Of a stretch of DNA of 55,856 bases, positions 36,530 to 46,215 are shown one piece after another. The DNA is from Elusimicrobiota bacterium (GTDB lineage: Bacteria; Elusimicrobiota; Elusimicrobia; UBA1565): NCBI GenBank assembly GCA_043819795.1, contig JBDREN010000155.1, forward strand, positions 1 through 55,856, given 5' to 3'. Both the position numbers and the translations under genes were made by a program. A model generated the notes under the pieces. The model saw nothing but the letters and a program-made list of their open reading frames with translations, was not told the origin of the DNA and searched no databases. Position 1 is the first letter of the stretch, and every line of letters starts with the position of its first letter.

Positions 36530-37618
36530 ATGGCGACGGACCTGACCAAGCTGCTGAAGCTGATGGTCGAGAAGGGCATATCGGACATCCATTTCAAGGC
36601 GGATGCCTACCCGGCCGTGCGGATCCACGGCAAGCTCGTCCCCGCGGTGAACCTCAAGAAGATGTCCGCGGTCGACATCAATAAGGTGGCCGAAGGCATC
36701 ATGAGCGCGGAGCAGGCCAAGCAGTTCTCGAGCGTCGACGAGATGGACCTGGCCTACAGCCTGCCGGGGCTCTCCCGGTTCCGCGTCAACGTGTTCCGCC
36801 AGCGCGGTTCGGTCGCCCTCAGCCTGCGCGTCGTCCCGATCAAGCTGCGCAGCTTCGAGGAGCTGAACCTGCCGGTGGAGTCGATGAGGAAGCTCGCCGG
36901 GGAGTCGCGAGGCCTGATCCTTTTCGCGGGCATCACGGGCGCCGGGAAGTCGACGTCGATGAACAGCTTCGTCAACCACATCAACGAACGGGAGAGCTGC
37001 CGCATCATCACCGTCGAGGATCCGATCGAGTTCTTCCATCCGGACATCAAGGGGTCCGTCGTCCAGCGGGAGGTGGGGCGGGACACGCGCTCGTTCGCCG
37101 CGGCGCTTAAGCACGTCCTGCGGCAGGACCCGGACGTGATCGTCATCGGGGAGATGCGCGACATAGAGACCATGCAGGCCGCGCTCACCGCCGCCGAGAC
37201 GGGGCACTTGGTCCTCTCGACGCTCCACACGCTGGACGCCGTCCAGACCATCGACCGTATCGTCGACAGCTTCTCTTCGCACCAGGCGTCCCAGGTCCGC
37301 CAGCAGCTCGCGCTGGTGCTCAAGGGGGTCGTGGCCCAGCGCCTGGTCGCCGGCAAGGACGGGTGCGGGCGCTACCCCGCGACCGAGACCCTCGTCGTCA
37401 ATGGTCTCGTGCGGCGTCACATACTGGAGGCGAAGAACAGCGAGATCTACAAGACGATGGAGGCCGGCACCTACTACGGGATGCACACCTTCGACCAGGA
37501 CCTGCTTCGGCTGGTGAAGGAAGGGAAGATCGACGAGAAAGAGGCTTTGGAGAACGCGACGAACACCGACGATATCGCGCTCAAGATGCGCGGCGTGGGA
37601 GGCGTGAGAGAGCAATGA
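36530..37618 (+). CDS. PilT/PilU-family type IV pilus ATPase
   Basis: SDIHF, RFRVNVFRQRG, GITGAGKST, ITVEDPIEF, LRQDPDVIVIGEMRD, AETGHLVLSTLHT, GMHTFDQ; SD GGAGG. Confidence 0.95.
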   Translation: MATDLTKLLKLMVEKGISDIHFKADAYPAVRIHGKLVPAVNLKKMSAVDINKVAEGIMSAEQAKQFSSVDEMDLAYSLPGLSRFRVNVFRQRGSVALSLRVVPIKLRSFEELNLPVESMRKLAGESRGLILFAGITGAGKSTSMNSFVNHINERESCRIITVEDPIEFFHPDIKGSVVQREVGRDTRSFAAALKHVLRQDPDVIVIGEMRDIETMQAALTAAETGHLVLSTLHTLDAVQTIDRIVDSFSSHQASQVRQQLALVLKGVVAQRLVAGKDGCGRYPATETLVVNGLVRRHILEAKNSEIYKTMEAGTYYGMHTFDQDLLRLVKEGKIDEKEALENATNTDDIALKMRGVGGVREQ

Positions 37619-38805
37619 CGGACGAGCGTCCGGGCGAGGGAGTGCAGGATGGCGACATCCAAGAGACCCTCATCGACCTGGACAACATCCTGCAGACCCT
37701 GACCGGTCCGGTCGAAGGAGCCGGGATCGTCGAGGGAGGCGTTCCCCCCGCGGAAGCGGAGGCGGCTCCGAGCGCCGTCGAAGCCGGGCCGCGGGCGGCC
37801 CACCCGCAGGAGCAGGTCCCGCCTCCCGCCGCGGAGAAGCCGGTCGAGATCCCCAAGGCGGAAGTGTCGCCTCCGGCGGAAGAGAAGCCGGTCGAAGTCC
37901 CCAGGGCGGAGCTCGCGCCGCCCGCTGAGCCGGAGCCGGTCGAAGGCGCGAGACCTTCCGAGCAGCCCAAGCCGGAAGAGCAAACGGCCCCCGGGATCGA
38001 ATTGGCTCCTCGCGCGGGCGTCATTCCCGTCGTCAAGAAGAAGCAGGAGGAAAAGAAGCCTCCCGTGAAGAAAAGGGGCCTTTCGGATACGGGATCGTTC
38101 GAGATCACAGTCGACGGCGTGCCGGTCCAGCCCGAACGGAAGAAGGAGCCTACTCCTCCGGAGCCGGCCCCGGCGCCCCATCCGGAGATCGAGCTGGCGC
38201 CGAGAGCCGGAATGCTCAAGCCTGTTGAAAAGGAGACCGCGGAGAAGAAGCCTTCCGAAAAGAAGGGGCTTCCGGAGACGGTCCAGAAGGAAGCGAGTCC
38301 GGAAGGAGCCCAGGCCAAGGCTCCGGAGCCGGCCGCTGCCGCTCCTGAACCGGCGGCTGTCGCGCCGGCTGCGCCCGCGAAGAAAGGGCCGCGGGGCGTC
38401 TCGACCGATCCGGAGCCCATCCCGGATAAGACCCCCGCCGAGCAGATCCGCAGGATCGCCTTCCTGTACGACCCCGGGCACGAGACTGTCTATGTGAAGT
38501 TCTCCCAGTTCCTCTCCGAAGTCGCCGCGAAGGTATCGAAGAAGCCTCTCTACCTCCACAAGGCCGTAGTGGCCGGGCTCACACGGGCGATGGACACGCA
38601 GGAGCTCCTCGGGCACTTCAAGAAGACGGGCGCCGTGGGCGTGTTTCTCCTCGTGGAAGGCGTGAACAAGGCCCAGATCCTGGATATCGAGAAGACCTGC
38701 GAGGACGAAGACATCTTCTTCGCACAGATCGCCCCCGAGGAGGTCGACAAGCGCACCAGGGCCATCGATCTCGTGGTGGACCTGATGCTGATGAAAGCGG
38801 GATGA
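37615..38805 (+). CDS. Hypothetical protein: Pro/Glu-rich disordered region plus C-terminal alpha/beta domain
   Basis: ATGA overlap with upstream stop; duplicated IELAPRAG motif; globular ~120-aa C-terminus. Confidence 0.75.
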   Translation: MTDERPGEGVQDGDIQETLIDLDNILQTLTGPVEGAGIVEGGVPPAEAEAAPSAVEAGPRAAHPQEQVPPPAAEKPVEIPKAEVSPPAEEKPVEVPRAELAPPAEPEPVEGARPSEQPKPEEQTAPGIELAPRAGVIPVVKKKQEEKKPPVKKRGLSDTGSFEITVDGVPVQPERKKEPTPPEPAPAPHPEIELAPRAGMLKPVEKETAEKKPSEKKGLPETVQKEASPEGAQAKAPEPAAAAPEPAAVAPAAPAKKGPRGVSTDPEPIPDKTPAEQIRRIAFLYDPGHETVYVKFSQFLSEVAAKVSKKPLYLHKAVVAGLTRAMDTQELLGHFKKTGAVGVFLLVEGVNKAQILDIEKTCEDEDIFFAQIAPEEVDKRTRAIDLVVDLMLMKAG

Positions 38806-40754
38806 CGATGTTGACGCGTTGGCGGATCGAGAAGTCTCCGACCGATAAGGATCCCCATCGACAGATCCTCCTGCTGAAGGGCTCACTCTCGGACGTGCGC
38901 GCCTTGATCCGCAGGCTGGGCGCGATGTGCGGCCGGCCCAAGAAGGAAAAGGGCGATCCCGATTTCAACTTCCGTCTCTACCTGCACGGCCTGAACGCGG
39001 AGGCGCTGGCCGACGTCGAAGCGCAGCTTCGCTCGCTGGCCGAGGGGGCCCCCGCTCCGACGACGCCGGCCGCGGCCGGGCCGGGCGAGGCGTCGGCTGA
39101 AGCGCCGGCTCGGGCGGTTCCCGAGGACGGCCGGCACCGCGCTCCTGCCGGGGTCGATGCCGCTCCTCTCCCTGAGCCTCCCAAAGAAGACGCGCCTTCC
39201 GCGTCACAAGCGCCGGAGAGCGGGGGCGAGGCTCCCGCCGGGCCCGGCCCCGAAACCGCTCCGGAGCCGGCCGGCCCGGCCGAAGCCGGGGCGGCGGCGT
39301 CCGCCGAAGAGGCGCAGGATTCCCCTGATTTCGTGGACCTGTCTGAGGAGGGAGCGGAGCAGGTTGAGGGCGTCTCGACGGGGGCTCAATCGTCCGGCAT
39401 CAGCCTCCATATGCCGTCCGAAGGCGCCGCGGCCGCGCCGGTCGCGCAGCCGGCGGCGGAGCCCGCTGTCGGGACGGCGGGGCAGGCGGCCGGATCCGAG
39501 GCCCCGGGGCTGGAGCGGCTCGCGGCCGCTCCGCTCTGCGGGGGCGTGGCGCCCGCGGACGATGCGTTCACGATGGAAACCCTCATGGTGGGCCCCTTTA
39601 ACCGTTTCGCCCACGCCGCCGCCATGTCGGTCCTCACCAGCCCGGGGACTCTCTACAATCCCATGTTCTTCTTCGGGGGCTCCGGCTCCGGGAAGAGCCA
39701 TTTGCTGCATGCCCTGGCCCAGAAGCTTCAAGAGCAGGCGGGCGACCAGCCGGTCTGGGTCACGTCCGGGGCGCGTCTGGCGCGCGCCGTGGCGCTGGCG
39801 GTCTCCTCAGGCAAGCTGGGCGAGCTCGAGGAGTTCGCTGGCAAGTCCAAGGCCCTGCTCGTCGACGACGTCCACCTGCTGGGCGTCGGAGAAGAGAACC
39901 GCGAGGCGTTGGCCAGGATATTCAAGACCTTTTTCGACGCCTCGATCCAAGTGGTGCTGAGCTCGGCCTATTCGGCCCGGATGCTGGGAGGGCTCGAAGA
40001 GGCGCTCGAGTTCCGGCTCGCTGCCGGGCATGTCGTGGAGCTGAAGCAGCCTCGAGAGGAGCTGCAGAAGGATATCGCCGCGCAGACGCTTCAAAGCCGG
40101 GGAGTGGCCGCCGATCCCGCCGAGCGGGACCTGTTCGCCGACCGCATCCTCCAGGATTTCCCGGGGCTCGAATCCTGCATCCGGCGCCTGCTGGCTCTAC
40201 GGAAGCTGCGCTCGGACGCCGGCCAAGGGGCGGCCGTCAGGGACCTGCTCCCGGTCCTGTTCGCCCCGGATGCCGGCGAGCCGGTGCGGACGCCGCCGGA
40301 GGAGCTGAAGTCCGCGTTGGCGTCTGCCGCGGCCTCCGCTCCGCCGGCCGACGGCGACCGGGACACGGCCCTGCTCTTCCCCGAGGGAGAAGAGACGCAT
40401 GCCGAATGGATCTGGCGCCAGCTGCACGAGAGCGCCCGGCAGAACGGCTGGCCGTTCCCGTTCCGGCGTGCCGTCCGCATGGCCTTCAGCCTCGAGCAGG
40501 CCGCCGCCGCTCCTTTCCTCGTGGCCGAGGAGTGCATCCGCGCGGGCGTCGCGGCGGCGCTGGTCCTCGGCCCGCCCCCGGGCAGCGACCTGGCGGGACA
40601 CGAGAGCGAGTTCCGCTACGTCGCCGAGCACCTCCTTCGGGACGGGCCGGTCGCGCTCGGCTGGATCCCGTTCAACCGCGTTAAGGACCCGAAGTACTCC
40701 GTCCTGGCCTATCTCGACATGATCGCGGGCGCGCCGGGAGGGGGCGAGCGGTGA
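38802..40754 (+). CDS. DnaA-like AAA+ ATPase domain protein lacking the DNA-binding domain
   Basis: FTMETLMVGPFNRFAHAAA...YNPMFFFGGSGSGKSHLLHA, Walker B LLVDDVH; C-terminus is not DnaA domain IV. Confidence 0.85.
   Translation: MTMLTRWRIEKSPTDKDPHRQILLLKGSLSDVRALIRRLGAMCGRPKKEKGDPDFNFRLYLHGLNAEALADVEAQLRSLAEGAPAPTTPAAAGPGEASAEAPARAVPEDGRHRAPAGVDAAPLPEPPKEDAPSASQAPESGGEAPAGPGPETAPEPAGPAEAGAAASAEEAQDSPDFVDLSEEGAEQVEGVSTGAQSSGISLHMPSEGAAAAPVAQPAAEPAVGTAGQAAGSEAPGLERLAAAPLCGGVAPADDAFTMETLMVGPFNRFAHAAAMSVLTSPGTLYNPMFFFGGSGSGKSHLLHALAQKLQEQAGDQPVWVTSGARLARAVALAVSSGKLGELEEFAGKSKALLVDDVHLLGVGEENREALARIFKTFFDASIQVVLSSAYSARMLGGLEEALEFRLAAGHVVELKQPREELQKDIAAQTLQSRGVAADPAERDLFADRILQDFPGLESCIRRLLALRKLRSDAGQGAAVRDLLPVLFAPDAGEPVRTPPEELKSALASAAASAPPADGDRDTALLFPEGEETHAEWIWRQLHESARQNGWPFPFRRAVRMAFSLEQAAAAPFLVAEECIRAGVAAALVLGPPPGSDLAGHESEFRYVAEHLLRDGPVALGWIPFNRVKDPKYSVLAYLDMIAGAPGGGER
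39118..39167 (+). repeat. 63-bp intragenic repeat, partial diverged copy (read [16 protein letters not shown])
   Basis: TTCCCGAGGACGGCCGGCACCGCGCTCCTGCCGGGGTCGATGCCGCTCCT. Confidence 0.8.
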
Positions 40755-40761
40755 GCCTCCC

Positions 40762-42795
40762 ATGACGCCCGAGTGGATCGGCCTGACGCTCTCCTCGGCC
40801 GCCGCCATCGTCGGCATCTTCTGGTATCTGAAGTTCCGGCGCGTCCTCCCGCTCGAGCAGGCGCTGGCGCGCGAGCGCGGCCGCGCCGCCCAGCGGGACG
40901 CGCTCGCCCAGGAGCTGCTCGAGGCGCGCTCCCTGCCGGGCACGCCGCAGGCGTTCTCGGAGGCTCTCCAGTCCGGCGTGGACCGCTTCTTAAAACGGTC
41001 CGGGGGGCTGCACGTGTTCGTCTGGGTGAGGATGTCCGCGACGGGCTCGTTCCCGGAGGTCCAGGGGGACCTGGTCTGCCGGACCGGCGTGCTCCAGTCC
41101 GTGGAGCCGGATGATCTTCGCATCCCCGACGAGTTCTGGGACCGCGCCTTCGGCGCTCCGGGCCAGGCGCGATGGAACGGGGACCTGCCCGCGGCTCTCG
41201 GCCGTCTGTTCGAGCCTCACGGGCTGCGCTCCCTGCGTCTGGTCCCGTGGGGAACGCCGGGCCGGGTATGGGGGCTGTTGGGCGCGCTCGACTCCACGCC
41301 GGGGGGGGCGGTATTGTCGCGTTTCGGCGAGGAGCTGAGCATCCTGACCGCGTCCTTCGGGTCCTTGGCGGACCATACCGGCCAGTTCTGGGAGCTCGAC
41401 CACGCGCGCGAGCAGCTGGAGGGAGGCCTCAGCGTCACGATGCGGCGGCTCGACGAGACGAACCTGCGGCTCATCCAGCGCGCCAGGCAGATCAAGACGC
41501 TGAAGGAAGTCACGGAGGTGATCACGGAGCATCCGGATCAGCCGGACATCCTGAGCGCGATCGTTTCGATCGTCGCGAGGGCTCTCGAGGCGGACCTATG
41601 CGCGTTCCTCCTTCTCGACGAGTCGGGCGGCGAGCTCGTGACCCAGCCCGGCGCCTTCGGGTTCTCGGTGGACGAGGGAGCGCTCTACCGCATCTCTTTG
41701 AACAACGACGACGCATCCTCGGTCCGCGTGTTCCGCAGCGGAGAGCCGTTTTTGACCGGCGACGCGCAGAGCGACCCGCGGGTGATCGCCCGCTACGCCA
41801 AGCTTTGGAAGTGCCACTCCCTGATGGTGGTCCCCCTCCGCGTCGAGGGGGGGCGCATCGGCGTGATGCGCGTCGGGAGCTTCAAAAAGAACTTTTTCAA
41901 CCAGGATCACCTCCAGCTGGTGCGGCTGATCGCGGAGGAGGCCGCGGTGATCGTCGAGAGCGCCGTCCTCTCGAAACAGCTCGCCGAGATGAACCGCCAG
42001 CTGACCCAGCTGCATCGCCTCAAGGACGATTTCGTCTCGACCGTCAGCCACGAGTTCAAGACTCCGCTGACCTCGATACAAGGATTCCTTTCGGTCGTCC
42101 TCGGCGAGGAGGCCGGGCCGCTGACCGTCGAGCAGAAGCGGTTCCTGGCGATCACGAAGGCGGCCTCCGACCGCCTCAGCCTGCTCGTCAACGACATGCT
42201 GGATCTCTCGAAGCTGGAGGCCGGCGTCAAGATCGAGCTCGAGCCGACCGAGCTCGAGGCGGTCGCCAAGAAGGCGATCGAGAACCAGCGCTGGCAGGCC
42301 GAGGAGCGCGGCATCCGGATATCCGTCGATTCCCCCGGCGGGCTGCCGCGGGTCCGGGGAAACGAGCAGTGGCTCACGCAGGTCTTCGACAACCTGATCT
42401 CCAACGCCGTCAAGTTCACTCCCGAGCGGGGCCGGGTGACTGTCTCGATCGTCAACAAGGGGGAGTGCCTCATGGCGGGCGTCGCCGATTCCGGGATCGG
42501 GATCCCGGAGCGGGACCGGCGGCGCATCTTCGAGAAGTTCTTCCGGGCCTCGAACAGGGGAGCCGTCTCGGCGCCGGGGACCGGCCTGGGCCTGGCGATC
42601 TGCAAGCAGATCATCGACCGGCACGCGGGGCGGATCTGGTTCGAGTCGGACGAGGGGGAGGGCACCCGCTTCTTCTTCGTCATACCGGTGGCGCGGGAGG
42701 GATCGGCCGTCGCGTCCAAGCAGCGGGAATTTCTGGCGTCGGCGCGGCCCCAAGAGGCTTCGCCGCGAGAGGGGAGCGGGAAGGAGGGATCATGA
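40762..42795 (+). CDS. Membrane-anchored GAF-domain sensor histidine kinase
   Basis: N-terminal TM; GAF (SLMVVPL...IGVM); H-box VSHEFKTPLTSI; N-box NLISNAVKFT; G boxes DSGIGI, GTGLGLAI. Confidence 0.93.
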   Translation: MTPEWIGLTLSSAAAIVGIFWYLKFRRVLPLEQALARERGRAAQRDALAQELLEARSLPGTPQAFSEALQSGVDRFLKRSGGLHVFVWVRMSATGSFPEVQGDLVCRTGVLQSVEPDDLRIPDEFWDRAFGAPGQARWNGDLPAALGRLFEPHGLRSLRLVPWGTPGRVWGLLGALDSTPGGAVLSRFGEELSILTASFGSLADHTGQFWELDHAREQLEGGLSVTMRRLDETNLRLIQRARQIKTLKEVTEVITEHPDQPDILSAIVSIVARALEADLCAFLLLDESGGELVTQPGAFGFSVDEGALYRISLNNDDASSVRVFRSGEPFLTGDAQSDPRVIARYAKLWKCHSLMVVPLRVEGGRIGVMRVGSFKKNFFNQDHLQLVRLIAEEAAVIVESAVLSKQLAEMNRQLTQLHRLKDDFVSTVSHEFKTPLTSIQGFLSVVLGEEAGPLTVEQKRFLAITKAASDRLSLLVNDMLDLSKLEAGVKIELEPTELEAVAKKAIENQRWQAEERGIRISVDSPGGLPRVRGNEQWLTQVFDNLISNAVKFTPERGRVTVSIVNKGECLMAGVADSGIGIPERDRRRIFEKFFRASNRGAVSAPGTGLGLAICKQIIDRHAGRIWFESDEGEGTRFFFVIPVAREGSAVASKQREFLASARPQEASPREGSGKEGS

Positions 42796-43250
42796 ACGGA
42801 ACGTGCGGATGGATCGGCTTGTCGGCGGTCGTGCTGGCGCTGACGGCGGGCGCCGTCGGCTGCGGGCAGAAGAGCCACGTGAAGAAGGGCAAGGTCATAG
42901 ACGTGTTGAACCAGGAACCGGCCAAGAGGAAGTACATCGAGGCGATCGGCATCGGCGCGGCGGACCCGTCGCTGACCAGCAACACCCAGAGGCGCGCGCT
43001 GTCGCGCGACGCGGGGATCGTGAAAGCCCAGTACGAGATGCTGTCGATGGTCAAGGGCGTCGAGCTCGAGGGGGGGATCACGGTGTCGCGCGCGATCGAG
43101 GTTGACTCCGCTCTCGAGGCCCGCCTGAAGGAGGTCATCAAGGGCGCGGAGATCATCAAGACCGAATACACCTCGGACGACGGAGCGGTCGTCACGCTCC
43201 GGCTGCCGAAGAAGCGTCTCGAGAAGATGATGGGCGTGAAGTTCAAGTAA
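42792..43250 (+). CDS. Lipoprotein, LPP20-like
   Basis: AVG|C lipobox; IEAIGIGAA...RRALSRDAG...MVKGVEL; ATGA overlap. Confidence 0.7.
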   Translation: MNGTCGWIGLSAVVLALTAGAVGCGQKSHVKKGKVIDVLNQEPAKRKYIEAIGIGAADPSLTSNTQRRALSRDAGIVKAQYEMLSMVKGVELEGGITVSRAIEVDSALEARLKEVIKGAEIIKTEYTSDDGAVVTLRLPKKRLEKMMGVKFK

Positions 43251-43251
43251 G

Positions 43252-44385
43252 ATGCGCCGCGTCCTGCTGCTGCTTCTGGCCGGGGCCCTGGCCTCGGCCT
43301 GGGCGGGCTGCTCCGGCGGGCGGCTCAAGGTCGGGGCCACCAAGGACGGGGAGGTCGTGGAGGCGGAGGGCTGGGCTCCGATCGACGAAAACGACCCCCT
43401 GGGAACGAAGAAGCGCTCGCTGGTCGAGGCTCAAAAAAAGGCCGTCGAGCGGGTCGTGGGCGTGTTCATCTCCGCCAAGACCCGCGTCTCCGAGGCCGTC
43501 ACGGTGGACCAGAACATCCTCGCCAACGTGGAGGGGTACCTCAAGAAATACGAGGTCTTGTCGGAGCGGGAGGAGGAAGGCTTCCATAAGACGAGGATAC
43601 GCGCGCTGGTCCTCTACAAGAAGGTCGGCGAGGATCTCAAGTCCCTCGGTCTCATGCGTCCCCAGCCCCCGCCCGGCAACCCCAAGGTGGTCGTGCTGAT
43701 CGCCACCCACGGCGAATGGTCGGAGAGCAAGGAGGGCCAGGCCTCGGGAGCCGTCCGGCGCAGCCTTCTGGAGCGCGGGTTCCGGGTCGTCGACCGCAAC
43801 GACACGATGCGGTTCGGCGGACGCAAGAGCACCGACACGGCGACGGCGATGGAGGTGGGCCAGGACCTGCGGGCCGACCTCGTGGTGAAAGGGGAGGCCC
43901 AGGCGTATCCGCTGCGCGACGTGCGTCTCGGCGGGTTCCACTCCTATCGCGCGCGCGTGGCGCTCGAGGTGCTCAAGCCGCGGACGGCCGAGGTCCTCAC
44001 CCGTAAGGTGGTCGAGGCCTCGGCCCTGGACCCGGCCCCGGAGATCGCGGAAGCGAAGGCCCTCGAGAACGCCGGGATGCTGGCCGGCGAGGCCCTGGCC
44101 TCCGAGCTCAGCGAGCTCCTCGCCGAACAAGTCAGCATCACCCTGCGCGTGCTCGGGCTGAAGGGGCTGGCCGAGGTCCAGCGCTTGTCGGAGTCTTTGA
44201 GGCTTCAGCCGGATATCGTGTCGGTGACGCTCTCGGATTTCCGCAAGGCCGGGGCCGAGCTGACGGTTACGACGGAGGGCTTGGCGGGCGACGAGCTGGC
44301 CGCGCTGCTCTTGAGGATGAAGAAGTACTCGCTCCGGATCCGGGCGGTCACGCCGTATGTGGTGGAGGTCGGTGTCGGGGAATGA
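43252..44385 (+). CDS. Lipoprotein with FlgT N-terminal-like and CsgG-like middle domains
   Basis: WAG|C lipobox; VEAEG.A...A.KKAVE.VVGVFI...; LLERGFRVVD; ADLVVKG. Confidence 0.7.
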   Translation: MRRVLLLLLAGALASAWAGCSGGRLKVGATKDGEVVEAEGWAPIDENDPLGTKKRSLVEAQKKAVERVVGVFISAKTRVSEAVTVDQNILANVEGYLKKYEVLSEREEEGFHKTRIRALVLYKKVGEDLKSLGLMRPQPPPGNPKVVVLIATHGEWSESKEGQASGAVRRSLLERGFRVVDRNDTMRFGGRKSTDTATAMEVGQDLRADLVVKGEAQAYPLRDVRLGGFHSYRARVALEVLKPRTAEVLTRKVVEASALDPAPEIAEAKALENAGMLAGEALASELSELLAEQVSITLRVLGLKGLAEVQRLSESLRLQPDIVSVTLSDFRKAGAELTVTTEGLAGDELAALLLRMKKYSLRIRAVTPYVVEVGVGE

Positions 44386-44413
44386 CCGGCGCGCCCCCCG
44401 CGGGGGGGCGCCT

Positions 44414-45118
44414 ATGTCGGGGGGGCGGATTCGCCGCTGGCCGTTCGCCCCCGCGTCGGATGCCCGCGGGGCGAGGGGGCGGGCTTCCTGTCGCCGCCGT
44501 CGGCCGTTCGCGCCCGCGGCGTTCTTTTCCGCCGTCCTTCTGGCGGCGGGGTGCGCGGGGCCGTCGGTGGTCCGCTACGAAGCCCCCGATCTGCCGGCGC
44601 GCCTGCCGGCGGGGGTCGCGGTGCTCCCGTTCGGCAACGAGACGGTGAGCATGCGCGGCCCGGAGCTTCTGCGAAAGATGGTGTCCGAGCGCGTCTCGGC
44701 GTTCGGCTACCGCTCGCCCGGGCTCGAGGAGGTGGACCGGCTGCTCAGGGAGATCGGCATCACGGACGGCGGCCAGCTGGGCGCCGTCGCTCCGGATAAG
44801 GTCGGCCGGACGCTGGGCGTAGACGGGCTCCTCTACGGCAACGTGGAGGATTTCGTCTACCAGAACGTCGGATTCTTCCGCCGCCAGCTCGTTCGTCTGC
44901 GGCTGAAGCTGGTGGACGCGGCATCCGGCGAGCGGCTGTGGGAGGGCGTGGGCGCGGGGGAGGATGGCCAGTTGGTCGTGAATTCGAAGGACGCGGGGAG
45001 GTCTTTCATCGAAGGGATGGTCGAGCAGGCGGCGGAGAAGGCGGCGGGGACGCCCCTCCGGCGCGAGTCGCAGGGCGCCGTGGATGAGCTTTTCAAAAAA
45101 TTCCCCAGGAGGTTCTAA
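44414..45118 (+). CDS. Lipoprotein, DUF799/CsgG-like fold
   Basis: AAG|C lipobox; VAVLPFGN, LGVDGLLYGNV, LVDAASGERLW; start uncertain. Confidence 0.75.
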   Translation: MSGGRIRRWPFAPASDARGARGRASCRRRRPFAPAAFFSAVLLAAGCAGPSVVRYEAPDLPARLPAGVAVLPFGNETVSMRGPELLRKMVSERVSAFGYRSPGLEEVDRLLREIGITDGGQLGAVAPDKVGRTLGVDGLLYGNVEDFVYQNVGFFRRQLVRLRLKLVDAASGERLWEGVGAGEDGQLVVNSKDAGRSFIEGMVEQAAEKAAGTPLRRESQGAVDELFKKFPRRF

Positions 45119-45120
45119 GC

Positions 45121-46074
45121 ATGACAAGCATGAGAATGAAGGCGGTTTTCGGCCTGGCGGCCGCGGCCGCGCTGGCGGGCGCCTGCGCGCCCCGGACCAC
45201 GGTCAAGCGCAAGCAGGCCATCAGCGCGTACGAGACCGAGAAGGTCGAGTCGAAGTACGTCGGGCCCAAGCGCCGGATCGGCGTCGTCGAATTCGAGAAC
45301 AAATCCGCGTACGGCCAGGCGCGCCTGGGGACCGCTGTGTCCGACATCCTGATCACCGAGCTGGCCAAGAGCGGCCGGTTCGTGGTGGTGGAGCGCGACA
45401 AGCTCAATAAGGTCCTCGACGAGCAGAAGCTCCAGGCCTCCGGGGCCATCGACGCGCGCACGGCCGTCGAGGTCGGGAAGATCCTGGGCCTGAACGCGAT
45501 CGTGACGGGCGCGGTGTCCCAGTTCGGAGTGAAGACCGAGGGCAGCGAATACGGAGTGGTGCAGTCCAAGCGTCAGACCGCCGAGGCGGTCGTGGACATA
45601 CGCCTCGTGGACGTGGAGACCGGCCAGGTCCTCTACGCGGACTCGGGCAAGGGTGAGGCCCGGAGCTCGAAAGGGACCTTCCTGGGCCTCCTCGGGACCA
45701 AAGGGGGCTACGACGAGACGATCGAGGGCAAGGCCCTTCGGGCGTCCATAGCCCAGTTCACCGAGAACATCGTCAGTCAAGTCAACAGGAAGCCGTGGTC
45801 CTGCCGCATCGCGGCGGTCCGCGGGGAGCTCGTCTACCTCAACGCGGGCCCGACGATGGGCGTCGAGAAGGGACTCAAGCTCGACTGCTTCCACCTGGGC
45901 AAGGAGATCCTCGACCCCACGACGGGCCTCATGCTCGGCCACGAAGAGGTGCCCATCGGCAGGGTGCGGGTCACGGGGCCGCTCGGGGACTCGGGTGAGG
46001 GCTCGATCGCGGCCCTGATCGACTCGGAAGGGACGCCTCCCTCGCCCAAAGACATCTGCCGGCTGGCCGACTGA
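45121..46074 (+). CDS. CsgG/HfaB family lipoprotein with FlgT C-terminal-like domain
   Basis: AGA|C lipobox; IGVVEFEN, SGRFVVVER, VDIRLVDVETG; C-terminal VYLNAG...EILDPTTG..LG. Confidence 0.85.
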   Translation: MTSMRMKAVFGLAAAAALAGACAPRTTVKRKQAISAYETEKVESKYVGPKRRIGVVEFENKSAYGQARLGTAVSDILITELAKSGRFVVVERDKLNKVLDEQKLQASGAIDARTAVEVGKILGLNAIVTGAVSQFGVKTEGSEYGVVQSKRQTAEAVVDIRLVDVETGQVLYADSGKGEARSSKGTFLGLLGTKGGYDETIEGKALRASIAQFTENIVSQVNRKPWSCRIAAVRGELVYLNAGPTMGVEKGLKLDCFHLGKEILDPTTGLMLGHEEVPIGRVRVTGPLGDSGEGSIAALIDSEGTPPSPKDICRLAD

Positions 46075-46215
46075 GCGCGAGGCGGCCGGACGCGCGGGGA
46101 GGGAGAGCGATGATGCGTCCGAAATTCGCACGGGAAGCCCCATCCTCCCCGCGGCTTGACGACCTGGAAGAACAGACGCTGCTCTCTGCCCATGATAACA
46201 GCCACGGATGATCCC

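Noticed and set aside
38802..40754. Chromosomal replication initiator dnaA / oriC
   Set aside because: No domain IV, no dnaN/recF/gyrB neighbours and no DnaA-box cluster seen
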